This document shows, piece by piece, positions 1 through 12,562 of a stretch of 64,000 nt of DNA (positions are counted from its first letter, which is position 1; every line of letters begins with the position of its first letter). A model generated the notes under the pieces. The model saw only the letters and a program-made list of their open reading frames with translations, had not been told where the DNA came from and searched no databases. The position numbers and the translations under genes are program-made. The stretch is from Carcharhinus amblyrhynchos (lineage: Eukaryota): NCBI GenBank assembly GCA_965287045.1, contig OZ336890.1:22630001-22694000 (forward strand), in the 5' to 3' direction.

Positions 1-337
1 TATCTTCATGGGGTGTTGCAGAGATTTTATCCTTACTGGGTGATGAAAGAGGGTTCTGATTTACTAGGATTGAGCAGTTGCAATCTCTAAATGATCAGCA
101 CCCATGATCACAGATGGGAACCAGTTGTGAGGAACCCACCTACTGGGTACATTTATCAAGAAAAATACTTCATTTTGATATTTTATTTGCATGCCAGGAC
201 ATTTTCATTCTAAAAACATACAATACTAAACAGACCAAATTTGTCTTTTGGTGGCGTCACAATTCCTCAGTCAGTACTTTTCTTCCACAATCCTTTCTTC
301 TTTAGCTTAATTAAGTGAGTGAATAAAATCAGAACAT

Positions 338-1372
338 TCATGAATAAGGTCAGAGCATGCAAAGTCAGGGTCAAAGCAGCAGAATGTTAGCTGGTTGAGA
401 TTGGAAGTAGAGGTTAGTTATTAAAGGTGGCAGTAGATAGGAAGTAGTATCCCACAAGGACTAATGCTGGGACCACGGCTGTTCATAATTTACATCGATG
501 ATTTAGATTTTGGAATTAAAAGCACAACTTCTAAATTTGCAGACAACACTACATTGGGAGGGATAGTTGACACTGAAGACATCTATAGTAGGAGACGTTA
601 TTCAGCTGTCAGAATGGACATATAATTGGCAAATGAATTTCAGGATAGGTCATTGTGTTACATTCTGGTTTTCAAAAAAGAGCCGCATGTTACTTTCAAA
701 ATAAGAATCTAGCAGGAAAGCAAAGATCTGAGAGTACAAATATACAAGCCACAAAAAGTTACAGAGCAAGTCATAAAGGTTATTGCAGATGCAAATCAAG
801 CACTGGGGTTTATTTCTACCTGAAAAGAATTGCCAAATAGAGAAACTATCTGAAACTTATATCAAACACTGGTAAGACCACATTTAAAATGGTACGGTTC
901 TAAGGTGGGTTTTTCTGGCCTCCCAATGTGTTTCCTGGCGGTGGGAGGCATTGTGCCATTTGCTGGCAGCTGGCTTCTCTGGTCCCACTGCTGTTAATGG
1001 GATTTCTCACTTAAGTTACCCCCAGGCCACCAGGAAACCTGTGGGCAGGAGTGTGTTGAACCAGAGAATCCTTCTGCCAGAGAACAGAGAATTCTGGTCA
1101 TAGCTATCATATTATACAAAGGATATAGGGGCAGTAAAGAGGGTGCAAAAAAGAATTGCAGGGATTATACCATAATTGAGTAAATACCTATCAAGAAAGA
1201 ATGAATTGTTCATGTTTTTTCTCACATGGGAAGAGAAAACTGAAGCTTGCTGAAGAGGGTCTATAAGATTGTAAAAGGTTTTGATAGAATTGTCACAGGG
1301 AGTATTTCCGCTTATGCAGAATTCGGAAAAGAAAAACATTGCGACTGTGAGTGAAAACAAATTAGACATTTT
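338..1372 (+). mobile_element. Degenerate CR1-type LINE ORF2 fragment (RT to C-terminal region), interrupted by a MITE
   Basis: Conceptual translation gives [21 protein letters not shown]...SKFADNT, matching the CR1 RT motifs PQGSVLGP/FADD, with stops and frameshifts. It resumes after about 1100 with a KDI.AVKRVQKR-like segment. Confidence 0.8.
903..1099. mobile_element. Short non-autonomous DNA transposon (MITE-like, possibly Harbinger-derived) inserted in the CR1
   Basis: Imperfect inverted termini (GGTGGGTTTTTCTGG ... CAGAGAATTCTGGTC). Internal similarity to 1406-1589. CR1 sequence is collinear on both sides. Confidence 0.5.
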
Positions 1373-1405
1373 CATAAAATAACATTCTAATCTTGCCCAC
1401 TTTGT

Positions 1406-1589
1406 GGGCGGGATTTTTCTTTCAGTACACAGCAAGTTTTGCACTCGGTGGCAGAATCTTACTATCCTGCCATTGTTAATGGGGTTTCCCATTCAACACA
1501 CCCCTCACAGTTGGGATGACCACTGTGGAGGTGCATCATCAGCGGGACTATAAGATCCAGCCAGCATTAACAGGGGCAAGATTTTGGCA
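1406..1589. mobile_element. MITE-like repeat related to 903-1099
   Basis: Begins GGGCGGGATTTT and ends AAGATTTTGGC. Shares a TGTTAATGGG..TTTC.CA core with 903-1099. Confidence 0.45.
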
Positions 1590-1793
1590 TGTTTTTAAGT
1601 TTCAAAATTGAGTAGATTTTAAACATTTATTTCAAACTTCACATATCATACAACAAACGTTTGCAGCATACTTCACTGGGCCCAAATAGCGTCACTCCAA
1701 ACCCACTGCCATAATATCCAAAAACCAGTAAACCACCCGTATGAATCTGGTGCCAGGTTATCTGTAGCCCAAACTACTTAATGAAGTGAAATT

Positions 1794-1961
1794 GGGCAGA
1801 ATTCTCCCAAAAGAATTTCTAAGTATTGTTTCCAATTGAAAACCATGGAGGTTCCAATTGAGAATTCCCACAATTCAACCACACTTGGAAATTGCTTTTG
1901 GAACGTGGAGAGATTCTCACTGAATTCTCCCACAATTAGAATTTTTTTTGGAGTGGGAACT
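1794..1961 (+). repeat. Dispersed repeat end, probably a DNA-transposon terminus; inverted copy at 13621-13802
   Basis: GGGCAGAATTCTCCCAAAAG..TTCTAAGT...GAATTCTCCCACAATTAGAATTTTTTTTGGAGTGGG matches the reverse complement of 13621-13802. Confidence 0.7.
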
Positions 1962-3189
1962 TGAAGATGCTGGCACAAACTGACTCCTTGGAGATTGGGG
2001 GTGCGATTTTTAAAGGGCTCCAGTCAACCCTACACACAACCTGCATCGTAATGACCATGAGCCTGATTTAAATATGTTTTATTGTATTTATTTATGATTA
2101 ACTTCCTCTCACCGTGTATTGACACCCTGCCGTATATTCAAACTGCACCAATGGGATGTCACGCCGGTGCAGTTTACAACAAGTTAAACCTTGACGTGAA
2201 CCTGTCATGGGAATTCCCCCCACCCTCCACCCCTGCCCCCGGAAACATATAGATGTATATAGCCTCTGGGGAAGGGTGAAATGGCCAGGCAATGTCCTGA
2301 CACTACACTTTGGTACAGGTTGGCACTATGCCAACATGGTAGGGCCAATCTGTGCCAGGAGAAAATGCCAGTGGGAGGCTCATGGGGGACGGGAGGATTC
2401 ATTTATTTGTGGTGGTGGGAGGAGCAGACATGGGAGCTGGTGATGCCGGCGATGTCCATTTGGGGAGGGTGGGGGTGGGTGTCAGCATTCTCTCTGCGGG
2501 TGGGGGGAACAGGGTGTGATGTTCAAAGGGAAGTGTGGGTAGGAGGGGTGGTTGCTATCACTGGGGTGGGGGGGAGGGAGTAATCTCAACTCCAATCTAG
2601 GAGGGAAACAGTAGAAGGCCTAGAAACTCGAAGACATGGGGTTTATCATGAATATTCCCAAATCCTCTTCTCCTTTTCACAAATCTCCCAATTCCATCTT
2701 GCTTCAAAATTTCCTTCTAATTATTTCCTCTCAATAATTTCCCTCGGTGGCCAAGCCTAAAATATGATTACAGTTTCAATTAAGTTCTCCTTAGCTTTCC
2801 CTTTTACACCTAGCTTACAAATTTTTAACTTGTGTATCTTGGCATTCGTACTTTACACCATAGTCAAAAATTTACCTGGAATGTAATTTTGCAAGATTAC
2901 AAAGGTAATACTTAGACTACCGTGAGTCCCTTTGCTACCCCACTACAAATACTTTCTATGTGTATTTTGATAACTGGAATTGTTGCTATCTCTCCTGACT
3001 GGTAATATTCTTCCTGTCCTTGATTTGGTGACTAGAATGTTACATAGTATTTCCATAAGACCTGACCAAGGCTTTTTACAGCAACAATTTAACTGGTTTG
3101 ATTTGTCCTTTTCTTTTGGTGAAAACAGACAAGTGCTCTATTTGTGTTTTTTTAAACTGCAATATTGTGGTTGTGTTACAGACTAACAC

Positions 3190-3448
3190 ATCTAAGGCTC
3201 TTGAATTCAAATTCCACCATGGAAAGTTGCATAATTGAATTCAGCAAATTTGGCAGGGGGTGGACAGCAGATAAATTGGCCATTGAAATTGAGATTATTG
3301 TATCCAAATAATCTGGTTTATTGAGTTCCTTAAGGAAATGGAGCCTACGACTATTTCTCTGTGACTCTCAACCTACACAATGTGATTAACTCTGTTGCCC
3401 TTGAGATAATAAGTGCTGTTCTGCTGGCGTTCTCTACATCCCAAATCA
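3190..3448 (+). mobile_element. Old SacSINE1-like (Deu-domain) SINE
   Basis: Decayed match to the SINE at 60779-60930 (TTCAAATTCCACCATGG..TTGAATTCA). Followed by a Deu-like CTGGTTTATTGAGTTCCTTAAGGAAA..TGTGACTC segment and a tail AATAAGTGCTG..CTGGCGTTCTCTACATCCC that resembles the LINE tail at about 8015-8065. Confidence 0.55.
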
Positions 3449-6400
3449 AAGTTTTAAAGAGCCTTGTACAACTGATTCAATCTGTGTAATCTATTTATCC
3501 ATTATAATGCCTAAAATATTTCTTTAGATCAGTACACTGAATTACTACTTCATTTAACGCATTTTTACTAACTTTCTCAAGATAATAAGGTGGATATAAG
3601 TAACCAGGATCAATGGGTCTATCTTAACTTATCCCTTCAGAAAGCACTTTCAGATATAATTTAATTGCTCCTTAAACAACACCAGATTTTTGGTCCTCAG
3701 CTGCGCAGCTCATTGGATGTGCTGACCACCATTTGTGCAATGAGGCACTCTCCGGCATCAAGTAAGCTTTTGGGTCGACCTTTGCTGTGTTGTTTATTAT
3801 CTTAATTAACTCTGGGACCCCCACCTTTACCTTTTCTTTAAAATAATGTTAAGCCCAAGATTTTGCAGCCTTTCTTTAGAACTCATTCCTCGGATGAATT
3901 ATCAGCCTCTCAATTCCACCCTACACCAGCAAATGGACTTGAATGTCTCCCTTGTACTTCCATAATCAATCCTGAACACACTATCATTTGGATCTTTAGT
4001 TCAAGGGCCATTTATTTTGTCAATTGTTGCTCTGCACTAACTCAATATCATCAGCACTGAATCAAATAATAACCATACATTTCTCAACCTCACTTTGTTC
4101 CAATTCAACTTTATTCTTGGACTGCCTGTGCAATTTCTTTCTATGTACCATATTATAGTTTTACGTGTTAAATTTAATTTGCCACCGCTCCAACCACCTA
4201 CAGAATTCTGAGTTATAAGGGGACATTCTCAGGTCTGCTAACTCCAATCACGAATCACAATAGCCCACAGAATTGGGCATCAGTGTGGCACCAAATCTGT
4301 TGCGAGGCTCCCAGCCCTGCCTGCCAGCCCCTACTGGGTTCCCGCCCATCGTGGGGATGGGGATTGGGGGCTGGACATGGAAATTAAAGTGACCTGGCCA
4401 CTTCAGAATTTACAAGGCTGACAGGCAGGAATGCAGATCACAGGAGTGCTTAAATCACCATTCCAAGGGTGATCTTCAGGTCTGTGAGGGCTAGAAGGGG
4501 CAGTCTGGCCATGCTACCCCATCCTGGCAGAGAGTGGCAAGGTCAACTTGCTCCCAGCCAGAGTCCACCCCCAACTCTCAGGACCCTTCATTTTCAGCCT
4601 GGCATCAGCAGAGGGGCAAATGGCCACTGGACCTACCTCTTTGAACTCCCTTGGGGCTCAAGATGCCGAGCCAGGGTTCAGTGTCAGGATGCCAGGTTCA
4701 GTGCATTGTTGGCACTGCCAAGGCACATGGTCTGAGGGGAGGTCTGATTGGGGGGATCTGAGGGAGGTCACCTTAATGTCTGCATGATGTGTGGGACAGG
4801 AGAGGGAGATGACCCGTTATTTGTGGGTGGGGGGGACACCATTTAAGCTTTTGTGGGAAGGGGGCCTATCTGCAAGCTTGGAGATCAGGGTACCATAGCT
4901 TGGTGTTGGAATAACAGGGCTGGCCAGCAGATTGTCCACTGTGTATAAATTAGCATCAATCAGGTGGGAGAATTCTATTTACTGGCTTGGGCACTTAGTC
5001 TCAATTCAGGAGAATTGCAGCCATTTATTTAAATGGTTCTTACTTATTGCTGCAAATTTGAGCGCACCAGCCCAATGTTGTCTCTGAGTTTTGCCAGTGA
5101 AATTCTGATTCTGAGTTGTTAATATAAATTAAGAATGGTTTTTATCATGAACCAGAGCATTCCACACATTATTTCCCAGTCACTCTGATATAAGTTCCCA
5201 ACTAAGTATCTGTGGCTTCTACGCCTCACCCAACTTATTAACTGGAAGGTTGCTTATTATTTTCTTATTTTATGGATTAATTTCTACAACTGAATAGTAG
5301 AAAGTGTGAAGAAAGATCTGTTCAGGCATCCAGAATAGAATTTTTCTTTCAGACTTTTGGAGGTGACATTGAAGAGGAGGAGGGTAGGAAAGTCAAGGAA
5401 ATTGATGTGCGGTCGGAATTCTGATATGTTCCCATCCTCTGCTGGATTTCCCCAGTTTACAGTTAAAAAAGAGCAGGGACCCCTTTCCATCCATGGGTGA
5501 GTAATGAAGAAGTGATGAAGGTTGTCAATAATGAGCTGTTTTAACACAGAATCCTGGATTTTCCAGTCATGTATCCTATTTCTGTTAGCAATTTGCTAGG
5601 GTCACCAAGACAAGTGAATAGTGGAAAGAGCTTCTTAGTGAAACTGACAAACTGTGAATATTTTGATTAGTTACACTGAAGCACTCCAGTCAAGGCTATT
5701 AGAAAACTACTATTCATTGTACTTGTCCCAGAGATAGATATCACTGCTTGACAGGTGACTGGCAACTTCTTGTTTGAAAGCACTTGAAGCACTGCAATGA
5801 CCTCCAGCTGCATTTCACTGATACTAGTCTTCACCATGGAATGGAAGCAGCTTATGGAGCTCCATGTTCCTCCTCTGCAGATGGCACACCAAGGCCAACA
5901 GCACCAGCCAAAGCAGCAGCAACATCAGCATTGTTCTCTTCTGCCCCATGTCCCTCCAGAGGGAAGAAGGGGCGGGCACTAAGATCTGGCTGGAAGTAAG
6001 TCCAATACAGGGTCTAAAGAGGCAGAAAGTCAGTCTGTCATGTCTGACCCCTGGTGCTTCAGGAGGTTCAGGCTATTGCGACAGGTCACAAGTGACATCT
6101 GCAGCTTCTTGGAGCAAGACCTCCTTCCACTAGACCGGACAGACATGCTGATGGCTGATTAAGATACTTGTCACTGGAGGGCCAGCCATTCCACCCTCAT
6201 CAAGTATTGCGCTCCATCCTGTTAGGGAGGAAGCAGAGAGGTGTGAGTGCTCATAATAGCACATAGAGGAGCGAAGGGTACCTTAAGGGAGCATGGCTGC
6301 AGGAGGTCAATAGAATGGGATGAGTGTCAATGTTGGTTGCTCAGATAGAGGTGCGAGTTATGTGTGAGAGGGAAAAGAATGAAGCTACAAGATGCACTGA

Positions 6401-7284
6401 CCCAAGGCATTCTGTGCAGGAGAATGATGGACAATTGAGTATCTTGAGCTTGGTAGCTGAAAGTATTGTGCCATTCATCATTTGTGCCCTCCTCAGGTCC
6501 TGGATTGTCTAAGTGTCCCATCTGAGTTGCACAAACTGTCCTTACTTTGTGTCAAAAAATGCAGAATATCCAATTCAGTGGGGAAAGAGAAAGATAATTT
6601 GTTGTTGTGGAGGGATGATTCTCAGGCTAAATGTGTCACATCTGATTATTTGAAGATGCCAGAGCAACTCAGAGTTGAATTCAATTAACTCCTTGCATCA
6701 GATGCCAAAGACAGTGAACTTATCATCTTTCAAAATGCTTTAACTTTTGAGTTATCATTGCACAAATAATTTATTCAATAAACAGCATCAGTAAACTGTG
6801 CCATATTAATTCTATATGAAGTTTATTTATTTCACATGTCAAAATACCAACTACCCATGCAATGGTTCACATTTTATACTTAGTATGTCAGTAGACTCCT
6901 GTTTTGGAACAATACTTGGAGCTTTCAAAGTTTAACTTCTATGCTCTCATCTCCAGAAGACTTTTGGATTCCCTCTTATGTTAACTGCCAGCCTCTTCTC
7001 ATACTGTCTCTTTGCTGTTTGTATTTCTTGTTCCTCCTCTGAACTTTACATATTTAACCGAGTTCTCACTTCCACAAACAACCAAATATCAGTCACATGC
7101 ACCTTTTTTTTGCTTCATCTTACTCTTTATCCCTTTTGCCATTCAAAGAGTTCTGACACTTAGATTCCTCATAAGACTGAGCGGTTCTGTATAATTTGCA
7201 TCATAAGTCAACGGCTGAGTGAGAATGTTTCAATATATTCCAATAATAGTTTAAATTCATAGTTAATTATGTAATTGTGCAATA

Positions 7285-7525
7285 ATGGGAACATGGGAAT
7301 AGAAGGAAGCCACCTTGCCCCTCACACTTGTTGTGGCATTCATTTAGATCATTGTTGATCTGAGATTTGCAAACCCGTGACTTTCCCTGTATTCCTTAAT
7401 ATTTTTAATAAACATAAACCTATTCATTTCAGATTTAGAACTGACAATTGATCTAGCGTCAATAGCTCTTTGGAGAATGGAGCTCCAAAATTCTACCATC
7501 CTTTTTTGTGTAAAATTATTCCATA
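7285..7525 (-). mobile_element. Old CR1 3' end
   Basis: Minus strand encodes a FTQKRMVEFWSSI-like CR1 C-terminus (ORF 7344-7532), followed by the CAGATC.AC.ATGATCT..ATGAATG 3' UTR. Confidence 0.7.
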
Positions 7526-7647
7526 GTTTCAAACTTGAAATATCTGACTCAAAAGATCTACGAAAACTTAATGTAAAAGGCTTAGTCCCACATGTAAATT
7601 GAGTGAACTTGCAGCGGTTACTGGTAACAACACATAGTCAATGTAGA

Positions 7648-8072
7648 TTTGTTTGATTGACACCACACCTACAAGCATTCAATCCTTCCACTGCCAATGC
7701 TCAGTAGTAGCAATGTGTACAATCTACAAGATGCACTGCAGCAATTCACCAAAGATCCTTAGACAGCACCTTCTAAACCACAACCACTTCCATCTAGAAG
7801 GACAAGGGCAGCAGATACATGGGAACACCACCGCCTGCAAGTTCCCCTCCAAGCCACTCACCATCCTGACTCGGAAATATATCGTCATTCCTTCACAGTC
7901 GCTGGGTCAAAATCTTGGAATTCCCTCCCTAACGGCATTGTGGGTCAACCCACAGAACATGGACTGCAGCGATTCAAGAAGGCAGCTCACCACCATCTTC
8001 TCAGCGATAACTAGGATTGGCAATAAATGCAGGCCAGCCAGTGATGGCCATGTCCCACGAATGAGTAAAAAA
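7648..8072 (+). mobile_element. 5'-truncated LINE 3' end (CR1/L2 group, distinct from the main CR1 family) with poly(A) and an 8-bp TSD
   Basis: Encodes CTIYKMHCSNSPKILRQHL...SFTVAGSKSWNSLP...LQRFKKAAHHHLL with one frameshift. Ends GGCAATAAATGCAGGCCAGCCAGTGATGGCCATGTCCCACGAATGAGT-poly(A). TSD AATGTAGA at 7640-7647 and 8073-8080. Confidence 0.8.
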
Positions 8073-8511
8073 AATGTAGAGCTATAAAAAAGCTTGAATT
8101 TCACATTCCACACTCATTTAATTAAATAATTTCAAGTGTTAAAGGATAAAGTAACAGAAACAACTTGATTAGGCATTTTACAGTTCTATATTTTAGATTA
8201 TTCCCCCTATATCTTCCCCAATTAGTGGAAAAAGTTTCCATCTCCCCTATCTGTTCATCTTCAGATCTTGAAAGCTTTGATGAAATTGCCTTAAAAATAC
8301 AGATAAATATAGTGCAAGTCTGATCAAGTATGCGCACCACAAATATCCAAATATTCTGGAATGTGGCATTTGACTCTTTGTACTGAATCAGAAACCATTT
8401 TATTCGGAGTAGGGCAGCAAGAAAATACCGCTTTCCTTTGGTAGATTACAGTGTGCTGCCGAATTCTACTGAGATCCTTCGAGGCTTATATTTTGAGCTG
8501 TTACCAACAAC

Positions 8512-8722
8512 GACTCAAAATATCCACAAAAACTTTAAGTAAAAGGCTCAGTCTCACATCTAAGTTGTGAGTGGGCTTGGAGCAGTTACTGTAGGGCTGG
8601 GGAAAAAAGTATGGATTTCACTTTTCTGACTCCTTTATGAGCCATGTGTCTATAGAAGTAATTTCAGGTGTTAAAGGATAAAGTAACAGAAGCAGAAATA
8701 TATTGATTAGGCACTTTCCAGT
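8512..8722 (+). repeat. Second copy of a ~210-bp unit; the first copy (7546-7647 plus 8081-8184) is split by the LINE insertion
   Basis: Shared blocks GACTCAAAA.ATC.AC.AAAAC..TAAAAGGCT.AGTC.CACAT and AATTTCA.GTGTTAAAGGATAAAGTAACAGAA..TTGATTAGGCA.TTT.CAGT. Confidence 0.75.
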
Positions 8723-8850
8723 GTTCCACACTTAACTTGGAGTTCAAAACTTCAGATTAGAATCGCTGCCCCATTTTTTCAGACAGCAGTTGTGGGTGCT
8801 GACTCCATTCCTCTCCATACTTGCTGAACCCAGTGCTCATGTCTTTCCTT

Positions 8851-9128
8851 AGAATCATACAGTGCAGAAGGAGGCCATCCGGCCCATCAAGTTTGCACCG
8901 ATCACAATCCCATGCAGGCCGTACGCCCGTATTTATCCTAGATTTTCCCCAATTATAAGGGGCAATTTAGCATGGCCAATCCACAAAACTGGACCACCCG
9001 GAGGAAACCCACGGAGATACAGGGAGAACGAGCAAACTCCACACAGACAGTGACCCAAGCTGGGAATCGAACGCAGGTCTCTGGTGTTGTGAGGCAACAG
9101 TGCTAACCACTGTGCCACCGTGCTGCCC
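8851..9128 (-). mobile_element. HE1-like V-SINE, CR1-type tail (type A)
   Basis: tRNA-like head GGGCAGCACGGTGGCACAGTGGTTAGCACTG..GTTCGATTCC, V-domain GTGTGGAGTTTGC..GGGTTTCCTCCGGG, and tail GGCCTCCTTCTGCACTGTATGATTCT. Confidence 0.9.
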
Positions 9129-9877
9129 TCACAGGCATGTAAAAGTCCTATAACTTTCTCCTTTTGCCTTGCACCATCATCTATTTTCCCATTTCATCTG
9201 TCCTGCCTTCCAGCTCAGAACTTCCCTTTGTTACAGTTATACTGGAAAAGAACAAATCATCATAGAAATCTTCCTTCTCTTGATGGCAAAGAAACCTCAT
9301 GAATGTTTCCCAATTCCTTTCCAGCATATGTCGTCAGCTCAGTCCATCTCGAGATACACTGTGGCTACAATGTAAACCCCAAAAGCATTGATATGATTTT
9401 TTACTTGGCAGATTTATAGGGGATCGACGAAACAAGAAGATTATCTTTAGATAGTCACCACTGATTTGACTAAGTCTTTTGGGCATTCTGAACTGATGTA
9501 ACTTGTGAAACTGTTGTTAATGTCTATGTGACTGGAGAAAATTGCCTAAGTTATGCATTATCTTCCAGCTGGAATAATTAAGGCAGCCCTGTATTTTGCT
9601 GTCACTGATGGAGTTAAGCAATGATATGCTATCAATAATGTGTTAAGTCTCAATAGAGATCATAGACTTGATTATGTTGAGCTTTGGTTTGCAAGTGACT
9701 TTCACTGTGGAGTTTTAGACTCAAAGGTGTGCAGCTTATTAGTGACTGGTTTGGCACAGCAGCAAGCAATTATTGCTTTATTATTACTACAAGTAAAGAA
9801 AACAGATCACATGTCAGTTAACCCCAGCAGGGCATCACATCAAATTATCACCATTTGCAATACAGTATCAGGCAAGA

Positions 9878-10175
9878 GGATGGCACGGTGGCACTGCTGC
9901 CTCACAGTGCCAGGGACCTGGATTCGATTCCCAGCTGAGGTCACTATCTGTGTAGAGTTTGCACATTCTCTCTGTCTGTGTGGGTTTTCTCTGGGTGCTC
10001 TGGTTTCCTCCCACAGGCCAATGATGTGCTGGTTAGGTGCATTGGACATGTTAAATTGTTCCTTAGTGTCAGGGAGATTACATAGGATAAATCCGTGAGG
10101 TTATAGAGATAGGGACTGGGTGGAATTGTGGTCAGTGCAGACTCGATGGGCCAGATGGCCTCCTTTATGATTCTA
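9878..10175 (+). mobile_element. HE1-like V-SINE, type A tail
   Basis: Head, V-domain and GCAGACTCGATGGGCCAGATGGCCTCCT..ATGATTCT tail. Confidence 0.9.
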
Positions 10176-11239
10176 AGAAAGCTATTAAGATGTCATACAG
10201 TCATGTTATGTAGTTCAGGTTCAGTGCATAGTTACTTTTATCAATGCTATAGTTGACCTGGAAGTGTGTGATAATGAACCTGGGTGTCAAACATTACTCA
10301 CATTGATCAGCACAAAGATCATAAAATTGATCATTCATATATTATTCACCCTGTTAATTGACCTTGTTCATATTTAACTTGGTCCAACATTTTGAGAGGG
10401 GATTGGTCCACTGTATGGTGAATTCTGCTGTTTTATGGTGTTGCCACTAATTCTTCAATGTGTAATGGTACGTAATTAAATTCCCTTGTACGCTGCATCT
10501 TTTTTCAGTGATGTTACTGATCAGCAAGCACAGCTGGGGGACAAAGAAAATCACTGGTGACAAGTTACTGTGAGAGCATTTACATGAACTGCACAAACCA
10601 AGCTGTTTATACATGGTCGCCAGTAGCATTTATTGGGTTAGAGATGAGCAAAGTTATAGTGTTCAAGAGCATGAACAAACAAAACCAATACAATCTTTTA
10701 TTTCTGGATTTCTCAGTAAATGTATTTGCTCTTCGCCAAAAGTTATAAAATATTATCAGGGGAATCGGAACTGAACAGAGTACTTGTATTCTTAGCTTTG
10801 TTCAGTACACTGAAGTCTAATTGAAAACATAATTTAGAGTTTCCATTAATTCTATTGCTGCCTGAAATTTACGTTTTTTTTGCTTGAGTTCTTCTACTCA
10901 CTTGATAAAACCCACATGTTTGCTTAAAGTTCCTTTATTGTAAAATTTTTGGAACTTAGAATTATAGTAATAAAGCACTGTGCAGTGCACAAGCTATACA
11001 TGGAATCTCACTAGTTCAAAAATACCACAATCTGGCAAGAAAGCTTGAAGCTGAGCTATAGATGTATGGGGAGGGGGGTGAATAAACTTGTGTTTTCCTT
11101 GGGAAATCACTGCTTTAATCAGGTGGCTGCCCCGTTATAGGCATGTTTTAACTTTTTATGCATAGACTTTTCAAGGTAAGAAATGAACTGAGAAATGTAT
11201 TAATTTTATAGCCAGAAACACACACACAATTACAAACAC

Positions 11240-11552
11240 ATAGAACCCCAATAATGTGGACAGAGGCCATTTAGCCTATCGAGTCTACACTGACTTTCCA
11301 ACAGAGTATCTTACCCAGGCCCACTCTGACCCCGTAACATTATGCATTTAGCCCACCAGTCCTCCTAACCTAAATATCTTGGGACACTAAGGGACAATTT
11401 AGCATGGTCAATCCATCTATATGCAGGTCTTTGGAGTGGTAGGAGGAAACCAGAGGAGAACGTGCAAACTCCACACACATGCAGTCAACCAAGGCTGGAA
11501 TCGAGCACGGGTGCTGGTGCTGTGAGGCAGCAGTGCTAACCACTGTGCCACC
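11240..11552 (-). mobile_element. HE1-like V-SINE, type A tail
   Basis: Reverse complement contains a GGTGGCACAGTGGTTAGCACTGCTGCCTCACAG head and a GTAGACTCGATAGGCTAAATGGCCTC tail. Confidence 0.85.
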
Positions 11553-11706
11553 TTTATGTAATTAAGTAATTAATCGAGTAATTTCATGTCACATCTGGCT
11601 GAGAAAAATAATTCCCTAACATTGTCACGATCAAGTAACTTAAATATGACAATTTCTTTTCTCCGTACCTCCTCTTCTCCCACTAGCATAAATTTCACTC
11701 TTTACA

Positions 11707-12562
11707 AACAAAGAACAAAGAAAATTAAAGCACAGGAACAGGGACTTTGGCCTTCAAAGTCTGCGCCGACCATGCTGCCCGATTTAACTAAAACCCCCGA
11801 CCCTTCTGGGGACCATACCCCTCTATTCCCATCCTATTCATGTATTTGTCAAGATGCCCCTTAAAAGTCACTACCGTATCCACTTCCGCTACCTCCCCCG
11901 GCAGCGAGTTCCAGACATCCCACTACTCTCTGTGTAAAAAATCTGCCTTGTACATCTCCTTTAAATCTTGCCCCTCACTCCTTAAACCTATGCCTACTAG
12001 TAATTGACTCTTCCACCCTGGGAAAAAGCTTCTGACTATCCACTCTGTCCATGCTTCTCATAATCTTGTAGACTTTTATCAGGTTGTCCTTCAACCTTTG
12101 TCATTCCAGTGAGAACAAACCAAGTTTCTCCAACCTCTCCTCATAGCTAATGCCCTCCATACTAGGCAACATCCTGGTAAATCTTTTCTGTACTCTCTCC
12201 AAAGCTTCCACATCTTTCTGTAGTATGGCAGCCAAAATTGAACAATGTATTTCAAGTGCAGCCTAACTAATGTTCTATAAAGCTACAACATGACTTGGCA
12301 ATTTTTAACTCAATACCCCGGCCAATGAAGGCAAGCATGCCGTATGCCTTCTTGACTACCTTTTCCATTTGCATTGCCACTTTCAGTGACCTATGTACCT
12401 GTACACCCAGATCCTTTTGCCTATCGATACTCTTAATGGTACAGCCATTTAATGCATATTTCCTAACTGTGTTGGACCTTCCAAAATGCATTACCTCTCA
12501 TTTGTCTGGGTTAAACTCCATCTGCCATCTCTCCACCCAAGTCTCCAAGTGATATATATCCT
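11707..12562 (-). mobile_element. 5'-truncated CR1 LINE, (TTCTTTG)n-tailed subfamily
   Basis: ORF 12267-12491 reads MHFGRSN...KDLGVQVHRSLKVA..VVKKAYGMLAFIGRGIE. Tail TTCTTTGTTCTTTGTT. Confidence 0.92.

Noticed and set aside
5784-6133. Overlapping Gln/Ala/Ser-rich ORFs
   Set aside because: They arise from a short CAG/CAA-rich patch, with no convincing splice sites or homology. Probably a decayed transposon.
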